Assembly: GCF_024223415.1 (NCBI RefSeq)
Contig: NZ_CP100500.1
Origin: Escherichia coli
GTDB taxonomy: Bacteria; Pseudomonadota; Gammaproteobacteria; Enterobacterales; Enterobacteriaceae
Direction: 5' to 3' (one strand)
Length of the DNA: 64,000 nucleotides
Shown: one piece after another, positions 1-11,563 of the stretch
How positions within the stretch are numbered: the first letter of the stretch is position 1
Layout of the letters: each line of letters starts with the position of its first letter
Position numbers and translations under genes: made by a program
Notes under the pieces: generated by a model
What the model was told of the DNA's origin: nothing
The model's database searches: none
Seen by the model: only the letters and a program-made list of their open reading frames with translations

Positions 1-223
1 AGATTCAGCAACGGATACGGTTTCCCCAACTTGCCTACTTCCATACGTGTCCTCCTTACCAGAAATTTATCCTTAAGCTCCTCAATAACCATTTTCCTGC
101 TAACTAAATTCATGGTTAAGGTTGCATAATGATAGGCAACAAATGTATAACATTTTCTTTACCAAAAGAAATAAACAAAAGCGACCGACAAAAGCATCGG
201 ATTACGGCAGGAGACATAATGGC

Positions 224-1522
224 ATGGCTGAAAGTACTGTAACGGCAGACAGCAAACTGACAAGTAGTGATACACGTCGCCGCATTTGGGCGATTGTGGG
301 GGCCTCTTCAGGTAATCTGGTCGAGTGGTTCGATTTCTATGTCTACTCGTTCTGTTCACTCTACTTTGCCCACATCTTCTTCCCTTCCGGGAACACGACG
401 ACTCAACTACTACAAACAGCAGGTGTTTTTGCTGCGGGATTCCTGATGCGCCCAATAGGCGGTTGGCTATTTGGCCGCATAGCCGATAAACATGGTCGCA
501 AAAAATCGATGCTGCTATCGGTGTGTATGATGTGTTTCGGCTCACTGGTAATCGCCTGTTTGCCTGGTTATGAAACAATCGGTACGTGGGCTCCGGCATT
601 ATTGCTTCTCGCGCGTTTATTTCAGGGATTATCCGTTGGCGGAGAATATGGCACCAGCGCCACCTATATGAGTGAAGTTGCCGTTGAAGGGCGTAAAGGT
701 TTTTACGCATCATTTCAGTATGTGACGTTGATCGGCGGACAACTGCTAGCCCTACTGGTTGTCGTGGTTTTACAACACACCATGGAAGACGCTGCACTCA
801 GAGAGTGGGGATGGCGTATTCCTTTCGCGTTAGGAGCTGTGTTAGCTGTTGTGGCGTTGTGGTTACGTCGTCAGTTAGATGAAACTTCGCAACAAGAAAC
901 GCGCGCTTTAAAAGAAGCTGGATCTCTGAAAGGATTATGGCGCAATCGCCGTGCATTCATCATGGTTCTCGGTTTTACCGCTGCGGGCTCCCTTTGTTTC
1001 TATACCTTCACCACTTATATGCAGAAGTATCTGGTAAATACTGCGGGAATGCATGCCAACGTGGCGAGTGGCATTATGACTGCCGCATTGTTTGTATTCA
1101 TGCTTATTCAACCACTCATTGGCGCGCTGTCGGATAAGATTGGTCGCCGTACCTCAATGTTATGTTTCGGTTCGCTGGCAGCGATTTTTACCGTTCCTAT
1201 TCTCTCAGCATTGCAAAACGTTTCCTCGCCTTATGCCGCTTTTGGTCTGGTGATGTGTGCCCTGCTGATAGTGAGTTTTTATACATCAATCAGTGGAATA
1301 CTGAAGGCTGAGATGTTCCCGGCACAGGTTCGCGCATTAGGCGTTGGTCTGTCATATGCGGTCGCTAATGCTATATTTGGTGGTTCGGCGGAGTACGTAG
1401 CGTTGTCGCTGAAATCAATAGGAATGGAAACAGCCTTCTTCTGGTATGTGACCTTGATGGCCGTGGTGGCGTTTCTGGTTTCTTTGATGCTACATCGCAA
1501 AGGGAAGGGGATGCGTCTTTAG
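224..1522 (+). CDS. kgtP: alpha-ketoglutarate/H+ symporter (MFS)
   Basis: ORF 122..1522. The ATG at 224 gives 432 aa starting [12 protein letters not shown], recognised as E. coli KgtP, with a multi-TM MFS pattern. Confidence 0.95.
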
Positions 1523-1842
1523 TGACGGGTCAGTTGCCAGACGGTATAGCCGGTGCTTGCACCGGCGACATCCCAGGCCAAATCCTTCCAGCTCCAGCCG
1601 CTCCCTTCGGGGCGGCTATCCCAAAGCTCTTTTGACGCCCCCAAACTGACAGAGAACATCAATCCAAACATGGCACTGCGATCCCGGCTCATCCCCTGAT
1701 GCTGTGAATATTCATTTCCGGCGGCGGAAAGCATCGCCGAGGCGATAAAGTGTTGAGCTTTATCCTGCCCGCTCCAGCTATCGTTAGCCATATGGCTGCA
1801 TCCAGAAAGTAACAATAGCGAACAGACAAAAAGAATACGCAA
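1519..1842 (-). CDS. yfiM: small lipoprotein YfiM
   Basis: ORF 1519..1863. TTG at 1842 is preceded by GGAGG. Lipobox LLLSGC follows a signal peptide. Matches recalled YfiM (107 aa). Confidence 0.85.
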
Positions 1843-1862
1843 AACGTGGCCTCCAAAAAACA

Positions 1863-1883
1863 AACCCCGTACAGGACGGGGTT
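1863..1883 (-). terminator. rho-independent terminator downstream of pssA
   Basis: Hairpin aaccccgt/acggggtt followed by a T-run on the minus strand. Confidence 0.6.
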
Positions 1884-1887
1884 GTGA

Positions 1888-3243
1888 TTACAGGATGCGG
1901 CTAATTAATCGGTCGATGCGGATACGGCGCAAACGGCGGATGAGTTTACGAACCTTCACCGGATAATCGGCAATACTTTGCAGATCGCGATAGTGCTTAA
2001 CGATGGTGGTATGCTCGCGGATCAGCTCCAGTTCTTTCTCTCGCTGTGGCGCAAGCTCCAGTTGCGGATCGTGGATCAAAATGGCGTTTTCCAGATCCAG
2101 ACGCCAGGCGCGCGGGTTCAGGTTATTACCGGTGATCAACATCCACTTATCATCAACCCACATCCCTTTCAGGTGATAGGTGTTGTCGTCATCTTTCCAT
2201 AACCGAACCACTAACTGGTCAGTATTGACGTAATACTGCAAACGGCTCAGGAAACGACGCAGATTGATCTCATAGAGATAAGGCAATGCGCCAATTATCT
2301 TGAAAGGTTCATCTTCCGGAATGTAGAAGTCGTTCGCGGTTTTATCACCAACAATAATTTCGACCTTTTTCCCTTCGCGCAGCAACTGGATAATATTGCG
2401 CACAAGGATTGCTGGCAGGTTGAAGTATGGCGTACAGATGGTTAGTTTCTGCTCGGCACAAGGCATAAGATGGAAAATGGTCTTGTTCAACAGACTCGAT
2501 TTCCCCAGCCCCACTAGCGGCGTTACGGAAAGCTGATCGTTGTCGGCATCGCCCTGGAAATGATAAGCGGCATCACGCAGCTCCTGGCGGAACAGACGAA
2601 TATCATTCTTGATTTCCGGGCTTTTTGGCCGATTAACATCATCCAGACGATTAACGCCGCGGCCATTCATAATATTCTGTGTAACCCATTCAAACATAAT
2701 GTCTGACATCTTACGGTTACGGATAAGATGATAACGGTCGTAGCGATATTTATCGTGCTGATGCAGGTAAACATCGTTCAGGCTGGCACCGCTATAAAGT
2801 ACGCTATCGTCGATGATAAAGCCTTTAAAGTGCAGAACGCCAAGGGCTTCACGGGTATTGATTGGAACGCCATAAACCGGAACATCTACGCCCGGATTTT
2901 CCTGCGCCATGCGGCAGTACCAGTCAGCGTTAGTGTTAGATGCCGCAGCGCCAATGCGTCCACGTTGTGCACGATGCCAGTCGACCAGCACCCGCACATC
3001 CAGTTCCGGACGCTGCCTTTTAGCTTCATACAACGCGTTCAGAATGCCTTTGCCACCGTCATCCTGTTCGAGATACAGGGCGACAATGCAAATGCGCTGC
3101 TTCGCGCTGGCTATTTTTTCCAGCAGCGTCTCCCGGAAGTCGGCGGGAGCGTAAAAGAAATCGACATCATCAACTGATTGAGAAATCTTGGGTAGTTGGG
3201 CAAGGTGTTGTTGATGTTTATTACGCTTAAATTTTGACAACAT
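1888..3243 (-). CDS. pssA: phosphatidylserine synthase (PLD superfamily, two HKD motifs)
   Basis: ORF 1888..3246. The sequence MLSKFKRNKHQQHLAQLPK... is recognised as PssA. HFKG and HLKG HKD-type motifs are present. Confidence 0.95.
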   Translation of the reverse strand: MLSKFKRNKHQQHLAQLPKISQSVDDVDFFYAPADFRETLLEKIASAKQRICIVALYLEQDDGGKGILNALYEAKRQRPELDVRVLVDWHRAQRGRIGAAASNTNADWYCRMAQENPGVDVPVYGVPINTREALGVLHFKGFIIDDSVLYSGASLNDVYLHQHDKYRYDRYHLIRNRKMSDIMFEWVTQNIMNGRGVNRLDDVNRPKSPEIKNDIRLFRQELRDAAYHFQGDADNDQLSVTPLVGLGKSSLLNKTIFHLMPCAEQKLTICTPYFNLPAILVRNIIQLLREGKKVEIIVGDKTANDFYIPEDEPFKIIGALPYLYEINLRRFLSRLQYYVNTDQLVVRLWKDDDNTYHLKGMWVDDKWMLITGNNLNPRAWRLDLENAILIHDPQLELAPQREKELELIREHTTIVKHYRDLQSIADYPVKVRKLIRRLRRIRIDRLISRIL

Positions 3244-3356
3244 CACAGTGCATTTCTTCTCTGTTCATTGAAGGGTCCTCTGTGCAATGCAGACGACATA
3301 AGCGGGCAATAATAACACCAGTCCCGATTAAGTGGTCAACATTTCCAGTACCTTAC

Positions 3357-6017
3357 TCATGATTCCTCGCGTTGGGCAAGATTTAGCGTAAGCCCAACGA
3401 TCCCCTCTTCGAGCTGGATATCAACGTTAAACCCGAGCTTGCGGGCCAGCGCCACCATGCCACGATTATTTGGCATCGTAATACCATTCAGACGTTGTAG
3501 TCCGTGATCTCGCGTATAGGTAATCAACTTTTCCATTAAGCGTCGACCTAAGCCTAACCCTTTGAGATCCGAGCGAACCAGCACGGCAAATTCGGCATCG
3601 ATGTTATCAGGGTCGGAGATCGCACGCGTGACGCCGAGGATCTCTTCCGTTTGATCAATACGTCGTACCGCTACAAACGCCATTTCCCGATCGTAGTCGA
3701 TCTGCGTCATGTTGGCTAAATCTTCATGGGTAAATTCGTTGATCTCGCTAAAGTAGCGGTAATAAAGATCTTCTTTGGTGACTCGCGAAATGAATTGCTG
3801 AAGTTGTGGCTCATCTTCTGGCAAAATCGGGCGGAACAAGCAGCGTTCACCGTTTTTCAATTCTACCCATTCTTCCAGCTGATGCGGATAAGGGCGCACT
3901 GCCAGCCGACTCTCGTTATCGCCTTCAAACGGCGCGATATCCAGCGTGACATCCAGCGCGTTAAATTCACTGCCAGAAGCCAGCAAAGGATGAATATCCA
4001 GACGCTGAATTTCCGGGCAATCGACAATCAAGTTGGAAACCTGCACCAGAAGCTGGCTCAAGCCTGCAACATCCAATGGGCGTAGCGCACTGCGCGCACG
4101 AATCTTTTTACTTTTGATCCCCTGAATAACCAGATAGCGGGCCAGGTTCATATTCAGCGGCGGCAGTGCGACGACGGCTTGATCTTCAGGACGCCACTCC
4201 ACACCGCCTTCACCCAGCATGATCAACGGCCCAAAAACCGGATCGTGCTCAACCACAACCCGCAACTCCTGAGCGCCAGCACGGTTAGCCATACTTTGCA
4301 CCAACAGGCCGTGGACCCGCGCCTGCGGCCAGGTCATTTTTACGCGATCGAAAATAGCGTTTGCCGCTTGCTGGACTTCATTGGCTGTACGCAGGTACAG
4401 CATGACGCCCTGAACTTCCGATTTATGTGGAATATCCGGCGAACGCAATTTCAGCGCCACCGGATAACCAATCTGTTCGGCAATATGCACCGCTTCGGTG
4501 CTATCACTGGCAATCCAGGTAGGGAGCGTGTTCATGCCATACGCTTGCAGGATGGGCTGAACTTCATGGGTATCGAGCGACGTAGCCCCTTCGGCAATCG
4601 CCTGTTGCAACAGAAGATGCGCTTTTGCGGTATTGGAAGTCAGATTGCTGGGCAACGCCGGCGTTTCGCGTAGTTGCTTCTGATTACGCCGGTACTCCAC
4701 CATATGCATAAAAGCAGTGATGGTTCCTTCCGGGGTACGGTAGGTCGGCAGCCCGGCTTCGCTGAATAAACGTCGTGCCTCTTGCGAGGAGTGCTCGCCG
4801 CACCAGTTCGTCAGCAGAGAAACATACTTGCTGCGGGGATGATGCTTTACCGCTTCAATTAATGCTTGCGCACTTTCTGTTGCGGGAGCAGCGGCGCTGG
4901 GCGAATGAATAACCATCAGCGCATCAAAATCCTGGCTATGGAGCAGAATGTCCAGCGTTTTGACATAATGCTCGCTGCTGGCGTCATCGCGCAGATCGAG
5001 CGGGTTAGAGATTGCCACATGTCCTGGCAGTGCATCGCGCAGTTTCTGGCAGGTTTCTTCGCTTAGTGTTGCCAGCTTGCCATTGCGTGACCATAAGGCA
5101 TCCAGCGCCAGCGCGGCAGGCGCAGCACCGTTGCTGATAATCATCAACCGGTCGCCACGCAGCGGGCGCATATGGCTAAGGGTTTCTACCGCCGAAAACA
5201 GTTCGTGGGTGTCCTGTACCCGCAACAAACCGGCACGCTGAATAGCCGCATCCCATGCCGGGTCCATTCCTGCCGTCGTGTTGAGCAGTCGCTGTGCCGC
5301 CGGGCTACGTCCGCTTTTAATCACCAGAATCGGTTTATTACGCGAGGCACTACGGGCCGCCGAAACAAAGCGTCGCGCGTCGCTTAACTGTTCGAGATAG
5401 AGCAGGATGGCGCTGGTTTTACTGTCGCGTGCCAGATAGTCAAGCAATTCATCAACGTCGATATCCAGGCTGTCGCCGAGCGCAATAAAGTAGGAAAAGC
5501 CCATCTCACGTTGTTGCGCCCAGTCGAGGATGGTGTTGGAGACGGCAGCCGATTGTGAAATAAACGCCAGCTTGCCGCGTTTAATAGGTACCGGCGAAAA
5601 GCTGGCATTCAGACCTTGCCAGGGAGCCAGTAAACCCAGACTGTTTGGTCCAAGCAGGCGCATGTTATGGCGCAGGGCGCAGGCGCGGAGATCTTCGTGT
5701 TGCGATGCCGGGGCGGAAAGAATAATGCAGGTTTTACAGCCTTTCTCGCCGAGCTCTTCCAGAAGAGCAAGATTACGGCTGGCATTGGTACATAAAACCG
5801 CAAGGTCGGGTGTAAAGGGCAAGCTGGCAATATCCGGCCAGGCCAACACACCCAACACCGCTTTCCAGGCTGGCGTCACCGGGAGTACCGGTCCGTTAAA
5901 GCCTCCCGCCAGCAGGTTACGCATCATCAGGTAACCTGCGCGATTGGGTTTCATCGACGCGCCAATTACCGCTATCGATTTTGGTCGCAGTAGTGCTTCC
6001 AGTCCTCGCTGACTCAT
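3357..6017 (-). CDS. patZ: protein lysine acetyltransferase (CoA-ligase-like domains plus C-terminal GNAT)
   Basis: 886-aa ORF recognised as YfiQ/Pka/PatZ. N-terminal CoA-binding and ATP-grasp-like regions and a C-terminal GNAT motif (RSDLKGLGLGRRLMEKL). Confidence 0.95.
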   Translation of the reverse strand: MSQRGLEALLRPKSIAVIGASMKPNRAGYLMMRNLLAGGFNGPVLPVTPAWKAVLGVLAWPDIASLPFTPDLAVLCTNASRNLALLEELGEKGCKTCIILSAPASQHEDLRACALRHNMRLLGPNSLGLLAPWQGLNASFSPVPIKRGKLAFISQSAAVSNTILDWAQQREMGFSYFIALGDSLDIDVDELLDYLARDSKTSAILLYLEQLSDARRFVSAARSASRNKPILVIKSGRSPAAQRLLNTTAGMDPAWDAAIQRAGLLRVQDTHELFSAVETLSHMRPLRGDRLMIISNGAAPAALALDALWSRNGKLATLSEETCQKLRDALPGHVAISNPLDLRDDASSEHYVKTLDILLHSQDFDALMVIHSPSAAAPATESAQALIEAVKHHPRSKYVSLLTNWCGEHSSQEARRLFSEAGLPTYRTPEGTITAFMHMVEYRRNQKQLRETPALPSNLTSNTAKAHLLLQQAIAEGATSLDTHEVQPILQAYGMNTLPTWIASDSTEAVHIAEQIGYPVALKLRSPDIPHKSEVQGVMLYLRTANEVQQAANAIFDRVKMTWPQARVHGLLVQSMANRAGAQELRVVVEHDPVFGPLIMLGEGGVEWRPEDQAVVALPPLNMNLARYLVIQGIKSKKIRARSALRPLDVAGLSQLLVQVSNLIVDCPEIQRLDIHPLLASGSEFNALDVTLDIAPFEGDNESRLAVRPYPHQLEEWVELKNGERCLFRPILPEDEPQLQQFISRVTKEDLYYRYFSEINEFTHEDLANMTQIDYDREMAFVAVRRIDQTEEILGVTRAISDPDNIDAEFAVLVRSDLKGLGLGRRLMEKLITYTRDHGLQRLNGITMPNNRGMVALARKLGFNVDIQLEEGIVGLTLNLAQREES

Positions 6018-6048
6018 ACCGGTCTCCCGCAGAAGTGACCGAATGATT

Positions 6049-6747
6049 TTAAACGCTTTCTAACTGTTCTGCTGTGATGCTACCCAGATGTTGCGTTTTT
6101 CCTGCCAGATAGCGTGTTTTAAAGCGGGTAAAATGCTCGCCTAACCCTGCTGCCGCCCCGGTATCGCCGGCCATATCTAACAGTGCGATGGCTACCTCGG
6201 CAGTACAATATTGGCCTTCAGCCTGGGCTTCACGCAGGCGATAGGCAGAAAGCCGGGAAAGATCGACGGAAATGACGGGAAGATTATCCAGATACGGACT
6301 TTTACGAAACATCTTGCGAGCTTCCGGCCAGGTACCATCGAGCATGATAAACAGCGGTGGCTTACCGGAAGGCGGGGTGAAGATCACTTCCCGTTGCTCA
6401 TCAGCATACGAGGCTGGAAAGACCACCATTGGCTGATAATCCGGATTTTGTACCAGATCCAGCAAATCCTGCGAGGGTTCGGTACGCGACCATTGAAACG
6501 CAACGGTATCAGGTAAAATATCAGCAATCAGACGCCCGGTATTACTGGGCTTCATTGGCTCGGTGTCGAACATCAGCAAACAGAAGCGACTTTTTGCTTG
6601 TGCTGGGGTAATTGTCGAACAGAGACATAATTTCTCTGGCAAAAGACAGCGTTGGCAGCGACGAACGCGATTACCGCGGGCAAGAAAAGGACGTGTTGCG
6701 CGCGCAATACGCTCGGCGCGTAACTGGAGAACAGCGTTTTCGGTCAT
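6049..6747 (-). CDS. tapT: DTW-domain tRNA-uridine aminocarboxypropyltransferase
   Basis: ORF 6049..6798. The ATG at 6747 gives MTENAVLQLRAERI... (YfiP/TapT). CxxC..CxC cluster and DGTW motif. Confidence 0.85.
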   Translation of the reverse strand: MTENAVLQLRAERIARATRPFLARGNRVRRCQRCLLPEKLCLCSTITPAQAKSRFCLLMFDTEPMKPSNTGRLIADILPDTVAFQWSRTEPSQDLLDLVQNPDYQPMVVFPASYADEQREVIFTPPSGKPPLFIMLDGTWPEARKMFRKSPYLDNLPVISVDLSRLSAYRLREAQAEGQYCTAEVAIALLDMAGDTGAAAGLGEHFTRFKTRYLAGKTQHLGSITAEQLESV

Positions 6748-6815
6748 AAGAGAGCGTCGAAAAAACGCCATTGTCGCAGAGGAGAATACGGGGCACAAGA
6801 TGCGCCCCGGTAAGA

Positions 6816-7235
6816 TTAAAGAGATTCGTTCAGCCAGCTATCGAACGGCGCTTTCGGTACTGCGCCATTAAGCATGTCGACAACCTGACCGTTTTTGAAA
6901 ATCATGATCGTCGGTATACTACGAATTCCAAAGCGACTGCTCAATTCACGTTCAGCTTCGGTATTCACTTTCACAAAGCGCACTTTACCGCTACGCTCTT
7001 GCGCGACATCTTCAAAAATTGGTGCGAAATTACGGCAGGGGCCGCACCACGGTGCCCAGAAGTCGATCACCACTGGTAGATCATCTTTCAGCAATTTGTC
7101 GAGCGTTTCACCGGTCGCATTAATCACCTCTCCGTCAAACAAGTCGTGACCGCAGCGTCCGCATTTTGCCGCATCTTCGATCCGATCGTCGGGAATGCGA
7201 TTGATGGCCTGACAATGGGTACAAACGGTATTCAT
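6816..7235 (-). CDS. trxC: thioredoxin 2 (N-terminal zinc finger plus WCGPC)
   Basis: 139 aa with CxxC...CxxC followed by the WCGPC active site. Confidence 0.95.
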
Positions 7236-7441
7236 AACTAACCTCGGGATGAGTAAGGAGACTTATCGGCAACGACGCCGGTATGTTTCTAATATGTTAC
7301 ATATTATCGGGGACATTGTTCCAGACAACAATCTGTTTTATTCAATAGGTATGATAGTCGCAGGCTTTGGTACGAAATCATGGCGAACCGCGCGGACTTC
7401 GGGTAATCTGCGCGCTTCGCGCAGCGCTGGTGGAGAAAAGC

Positions 7442-8479
7442 ATGAACGATGAAATGAAAGGTAAAAGCGGCAAGGTCAAAGTGATGTATGTCCGCAGTGA
7501 TGATGATTCTGATAAACGTACCCACAACCCGCGTACCGGGAAAGGGGGCGGGCGTCCAGGAAAATCTCGTGCTGACGGTGGCCGTCGCCCCGCCCGCGAT
7601 GACAAACAGAGTCAGCCCCGTGACCGCAAGTGGGAAGAGTCGCCGTGGCGCACGGTTTCCCGCGCGCCGGGTGATGAAACGCCGGAAAAGGCCGATCACG
7701 GTGGCATCAGTGGTAAAAGTTTTATTGATCCAGAAGTTTTGCGTCGTCAGCGTGCGGAAGAAACCCGCGTCTACGGCGAAAATGCATGTCAGGCACTGTT
7801 CCAGAGCCGTCCGGAAGCGATTGTTCGCGCCTGGTTTATCCAGAGCGTAACGCCACGTTTTAAAGAAGCCTTGCGCTGGATGGCGGCAAACCGCAAAGCG
7901 TACCATGTGGTGGATGAAGCGGAATTGACAAAAGCGTCAGGCACGGAACATCACGGTGGCGTTTGCTTCCTGATCAAAAAGCGTAATGGCACAACCGTGC
8001 AGCAGTGGGTAAGCCAGGCAGGTGCGCAGGATTGCGTACTGGCACTGGAAAACGAATCTAACCCGCATAACCTGGGTGGCATGATGCGCAGCTGCGCGCA
8101 CTTCGGCGTGAAAGGCGTTGTGGTGCAGGATGCGGCACTGCTGGAGTCGGGTGCGGCTATCCGTACCGCAGAAGGCGGCGCAGAGCACGTTCAGCCGATT
8201 ACTGGCGACAACATTGTTAACGTGCTGGATGATTTCCGTCAGGCGGGTTACACCGTAGTGACAACTTCCAGCGAGCAGGGGAAACCGCTGTTCAAAACCA
8301 GCCTGCCAGCGAAAATGGTACTGGTGCTGGGTCAGGAATATGAAGGGTTACCGGATGCCGCACGCGATCCGAACGATCTGCGCGTGAAGATTGACGGTAC
8401 GGGCAACGTTGCCGGGCTGAATATCTCTGTCGCAACCGGCGTTTTGCTTGGTGAATGGTGGCGTCAGAATAAAGCCTGA
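7442..8479 (+). CDS. yfiF: SpoU/TrmH-family RNA methyltransferase with basic N-terminal extension
   Basis: ORF 7367..8479. The ATG at 7442 gives [13 protein letters not shown]..., recognised as YfiF, with C-terminal SpoU motifs. Confidence 0.9.
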   Translation: MNDEMKGKSGKVKVMYVRSDDDSDKRTHNPRTGKGGGRPGKSRADGGRRPARDDKQSQPRDRKWEESPWRTVSRAPGDETPEKADHGGISGKSFIDPEVLRRQRAEETRVYGENACQALFQSRPEAIVRAWFIQSVTPRFKEALRWMAANRKAYHVVDEAELTKASGTEHHGGVCFLIKKRNGTTVQQWVSQAGAQDCVLALENESNPHNLGGMMRSCAHFGVKGVVVQDAALLESGAAIRTAEGGAEHVQPITGDNIVNVLDDFRQAGYTVVTTSSEQGKPLFKTSLPAKMVLVLGQEYEGLPDAARDPNDLRVKIDGTGNVAGLNISVATGVLLGEWWRQNKA

Positions 8480-8526
8480 TAAATCAGCCGGGTGGCAACT
8501 CTGCCATCCGGCATTTTCCCGCAAAT

Positions 8527-9216
8527 TTACTCACTCTCTGCCGGTAATACTGGCATCCAGTCAATCGGCGTCTCGCCATGTTGTTCCAGCCACTGATTTG
8601 CCAGCACAAAATGGTTGCAGCCAAAGAATCCACGATGCGCCGAAAGCGGCGACGGATGCGGTGCTTTCAGTACATGATGGCGTTGCTTATCTATAATCGC
8701 CCCTTTCTTTTGCGCATGAGATCCCCACAACAAAAACACCACGCCTTCGCGATGCTGGTTAATCAGGCTGATCACTTTATCGGTGAAGGTTTCCCAGCCG
8801 AGGCTGGCGTGGGAATGCGCCTGACCTGCGCGTACCGTCAACACAGTATTGAGTAGCAGAACGCCCTGACGCGCCCAGCTTTCAAGATAACCATGATTAG
8901 GGCGGGTGAAGCCCGGAATAGTATTTTCGAGCTCTTTATACATATTCAGCAGTGACGGAGGAGTGGCGATTCCGGGGCGAACGGAAAATGCCAGCCCATG
9001 CGCCTGTCCCGGTCCGTGATAAGGATCCTGGCCGAGAATCACCACTTTAACGTCACCCAACTCGGTAAAGCGGAACGCGTTAAAGACATCTTTTTGTGGT
9101 GGATAGATAGTGACGCCGGACTGCCGCTCGCTGGCGACGGTCTGAAGGGTATTAAGAAAATAGGGTTGCTGCTTCTCTTCAGCCAGCACGTCATGCCAGG
9201 TTAATTTGTTAGCCAT
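8527..9216 (-). CDS. ung: uracil-DNA glycosylase
   Basis: 229 aa with [14 protein letters not shown] and HPSPLSA motifs. Confidence 0.97.
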   Translation of the reverse strand: MANKLTWHDVLAEEKQQPYFLNTLQTVASERQSGVTIYPPQKDVFNAFRFTELGDVKVVILGQDPYHGPGQAHGLAFSVRPGIATPPSLLNMYKELENTIPGFTRPNHGYLESWARQGVLLLNTVLTVRAGQAHSHASLGWETFTDKVISLINQHREGVVFLLWGSHAQKKGAIIDKQRHHVLKAPHPSPLSAHRGFFGCNHFVLANQWLEQHGETPIDWMPVLPAESE

Positions 9217-9520
9217 CTCGCTCTCCTGCGAATCTTCAATCCGCCTAGCTTAACTGCTTCTTTCTACAGAACAAAATCATGCTCATTTTTTAGACTTAAA
9301 CGAGTGCAAAAAAATGTAAATTGGTAAAATTTCACACCCGCATAAGTTGATGTAAAACAATAAAATCCATTTACGACCACAATCGATGTGTGGTTTCTAT
9401 TGATTTAAATCAAAGAATCAAGGGTGTTTGAGGAGTATATATACACTCAAGCAACAATGGTTTTACCAATTGGCCGCGACAGGCTGAACAAATCAAATAA
9501 TTTTGCCGGGGAGGCATCAC

Positions 9521-9904
9521 ATGATTACAGGTATCCAGATTACTAAAGCCGCTAACGACGATCTGCTGAACTCTTTCTGGCTGCTGGACAGCGAAAAAGG
9601 CGAAGCGCGTTGCATCGTTGCAAAAGCAGGTTATGCAGAAGATGAAGTGGTTGCAGTAAGCAAACTGGGTGACATTGAATACCGTGAAGTTCCAGTAGAA
9701 GTGAAACCAGAAGTTCGCGTTGAAGGTGGTCAACACCTGAACGTAAACGTTCTGCGTCGTGAAACTCTGGAAGATGCAGTTAAGCATCCGGAAAAATATC
9801 CGCAGCTGACCATCCGTGTATCCGGATATGCAGTTCGCTTTAACTCTCTGACTCCGGAACAGCAGCGCGACGTTATTGCTCGTACCTTTACTGAAAGCCT
9901 GTAA
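9521..9904 (+). CDS. grcA: autonomous glycyl radical cofactor
   Basis: ATG at 9521 gives [14 protein letters not shown].... The C-terminal RVSGYAV glycyl-radical motif is present. Confidence 0.95.
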
Positions 9905-9926
9905 GGCTTAAGTAGCAAGTTACTAA

Positions 9927-9957
9927 GCGGAAGAGGGCGACTTCTTCCGCTTTTTTT
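9927..9957. terminator. hairpin terminator between convergent grcA and eamB
   Basis: Stem gcggaaga/tcttccgc followed by T7 on the plus strand. Confidence 0.6.
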
Positions 9958-9959
9958 CG

Positions 9960-10547
9960 TTAATAGAAAATGCGTACCGCGCAATAGACCAGCAACAGTG
10001 CAAGCACGATATTCAACTGGCGACCATACTGGCGAAACAATCGCTGAAACAGATGCCCCGCCAGCGCCCAGCACACATTGCCAAACGTCCCAATCATCGC
10101 CAGCAAAACGCTGACGCCAACTACCCAGCTTAACGCCTGTGTTTGCGGCAGAACAAATGTCGACAGTGCCGTAACACCGTACAAAATGATTTTGACGTTC
10201 ACAAACTGCAAAGCAAAGCTGGCCCAAAAACTGATTGGTTTTGTCTGAAGCCCGTCTTCCTTTGTTGGACTGGTAGCGATTTTCCACGCCAGCCAGACAA
10301 TATATGCCGCCCCCGCCCAACTCAACAGATGCACAGCTGCCGGGTCGATAACAGCCAGTGAAAACGAAATGCCCGCACACAGCAACATGACGATTAAAAA
10401 TCCCAGACTCATCCCTGCCAGCACGCGGGTACTCTGATGAAATCCGTGCGTTGTGGCTGAGCTAAGGGCGAGAATATTGTTCGGTCCTGGCGTCATGGCG
10501 GTAATCAGGGTGTAAGTCCAAAAAGCACTTAAAAGGGTCGGTGTCAC
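9960..10547 (-). CDS. eamB: cysteine/O-acetylserine exporter (LysE/RhtB family)
   Basis: 195-aa polytopic membrane protein recognised as YfiK/EamB. Confidence 0.9.
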   Translation of the reverse strand: MTPTLLSAFWTYTLITAMTPGPNNILALSSATTHGFHQSTRVLAGMSLGFLIVMLLCAGISFSLAVIDPAAVHLLSWAGAAYIVWLAWKIATSPTKEDGLQTKPISFWASFALQFVNVKIILYGVTALSTFVLPQTQALSWVVGVSVLLAMIGTFGNVCWALAGHLFQRLFRQYGRQLNIVLALLLVYCAVRIFY

Positions 10548-10649
10548 TTGTTATCTCCTCTGTTTTGGTAGACAGTACCCGACACGGAATATTTAAAAAA
10601 ATGAATGTTTTTACATTCTAAATTCGATATTTTCGATAGGTTTGGGGTT

Positions 10650-11531
10650 ATGGATCTGCGCCGTTTTATTACGCTTAAAACCGTGGTGGAAGAAGGTTCC
10701 TTTTTGCGAGCTTCGCAAAAATTGTGCTGCACACAATCGACGGTGACTTTTCATATTCAGCAGCTTGAGCAGGAGTTCTCAGTCCAGTTATTTGAGAAAA
10801 TTGGTCGACGAATGTGCCTTACCCGCGAAGGGAAAAAGCTGCTGCCGTACATTTATGAACTCACCAGAGTGATGGATACCCTTCGTGAGGCTGCCAAAAA
10901 GGAGTCGGATCCGGACGGGGAACTACGCGTTGTTTCGGGCGAAACGTTGCTCTCTTACCGAATGCCGCAGGTGTTGCAGCGTTTTCGGCAACGCGCCCCA
11001 AAAGTGCGTTTATCGTTGCAGTCTCTGAACTGTTACGTGATCCGTGATGCGCTATTGAATGATGAGGCCGATGTCGGGGTTTTTTATCGCGTAGGGAATG
11101 ATGATGCCCTGAACCGACGAGAATTGGGTGAGCAATCGCTGGTGCTGGTAGCTTCACCGCAAATTGCAGATGTCGATTTTACTGAGCCGGGAAGACATAA
11201 CGCCTGTAGCTTTATTATCAACGAACCGCAATGTGTATTCCGGCAGATATTTGAGAGCACGCTGCGCCAGCGGCGGATCACGGTGGAAAATACCATTGAG
11301 CTGTTAAGCATTGAAAGTATCAAACGTTGTGTCGCGGCGAATATCGGTGTCAGTTACTTGCCCCGCTTTGCGGTGGAAAAAGAGCTTGAGAGCGGAGAAT
11401 TAATTGAATTGCCTTTTGGCGAACACTCGCAGACCATTACGGCAATGTGCGCTTACCATGCCGGAAAAGCGGTTAGCCCGGCGATGCACACTTTTATTCA
11501 GTGTGTTGAAGATTGTTTTTTGCCGGGATAA
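10650..11531 (+). CDS. yfiE: LysR-type transcriptional regulator
   Basis: ATG at 10650 gives MDLRRFITLKTVVEEGSF.... N-terminal LysR HTH. Divergent from eamB. Confidence 0.85.
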   Translation: MDLRRFITLKTVVEEGSFLRASQKLCCTQSTVTFHIQQLEQEFSVQLFEKIGRRMCLTREGKKLLPYIYELTRVMDTLREAAKKESDPDGELRVVSGETLLSYRMPQVLQRFRQRAPKVRLSLQSLNCYVIRDALLNDEADVGVFYRVGNDDALNRRELGEQSLVLVASPQIADVDFTEPGRHNACSFIINEPQCVFRQIFESTLRQRRITVENTIELLSIESIKRCVAANIGVSYLPRFAVEKELESGELIELPFGEHSQTITAMCAYHAGKAVSPAMHTFIQCVEDCFLPG

Positions 11532-11563
11532 AAATAATGCCGGGCTTAAACCCGGCATTGAGA

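Noticed and set aside
122-223. N-terminal extensions suggested by the ORF track for kgtP. The same applies to tapT, yfiF, grcA, yfiE, trmN, rpoE, rseA, pdxJ, cI, Q, Nu1, A, FI, FII and V.
   Set aside because: Internal starts reproduce the known protein N-termini and/or have proper Shine-Dalgarno sequences. The extensions run through upstream intergenic or overlapping-gene sequence.
7304-7906. 200-aa minus-strand ORF and overlapping small ORFs within yfiF.
   Set aside because: Antisense to, or out of frame with, the recognised yfiF coding sequence. The GC-rich basic N-terminal region of yfiF generates open alternative frames.
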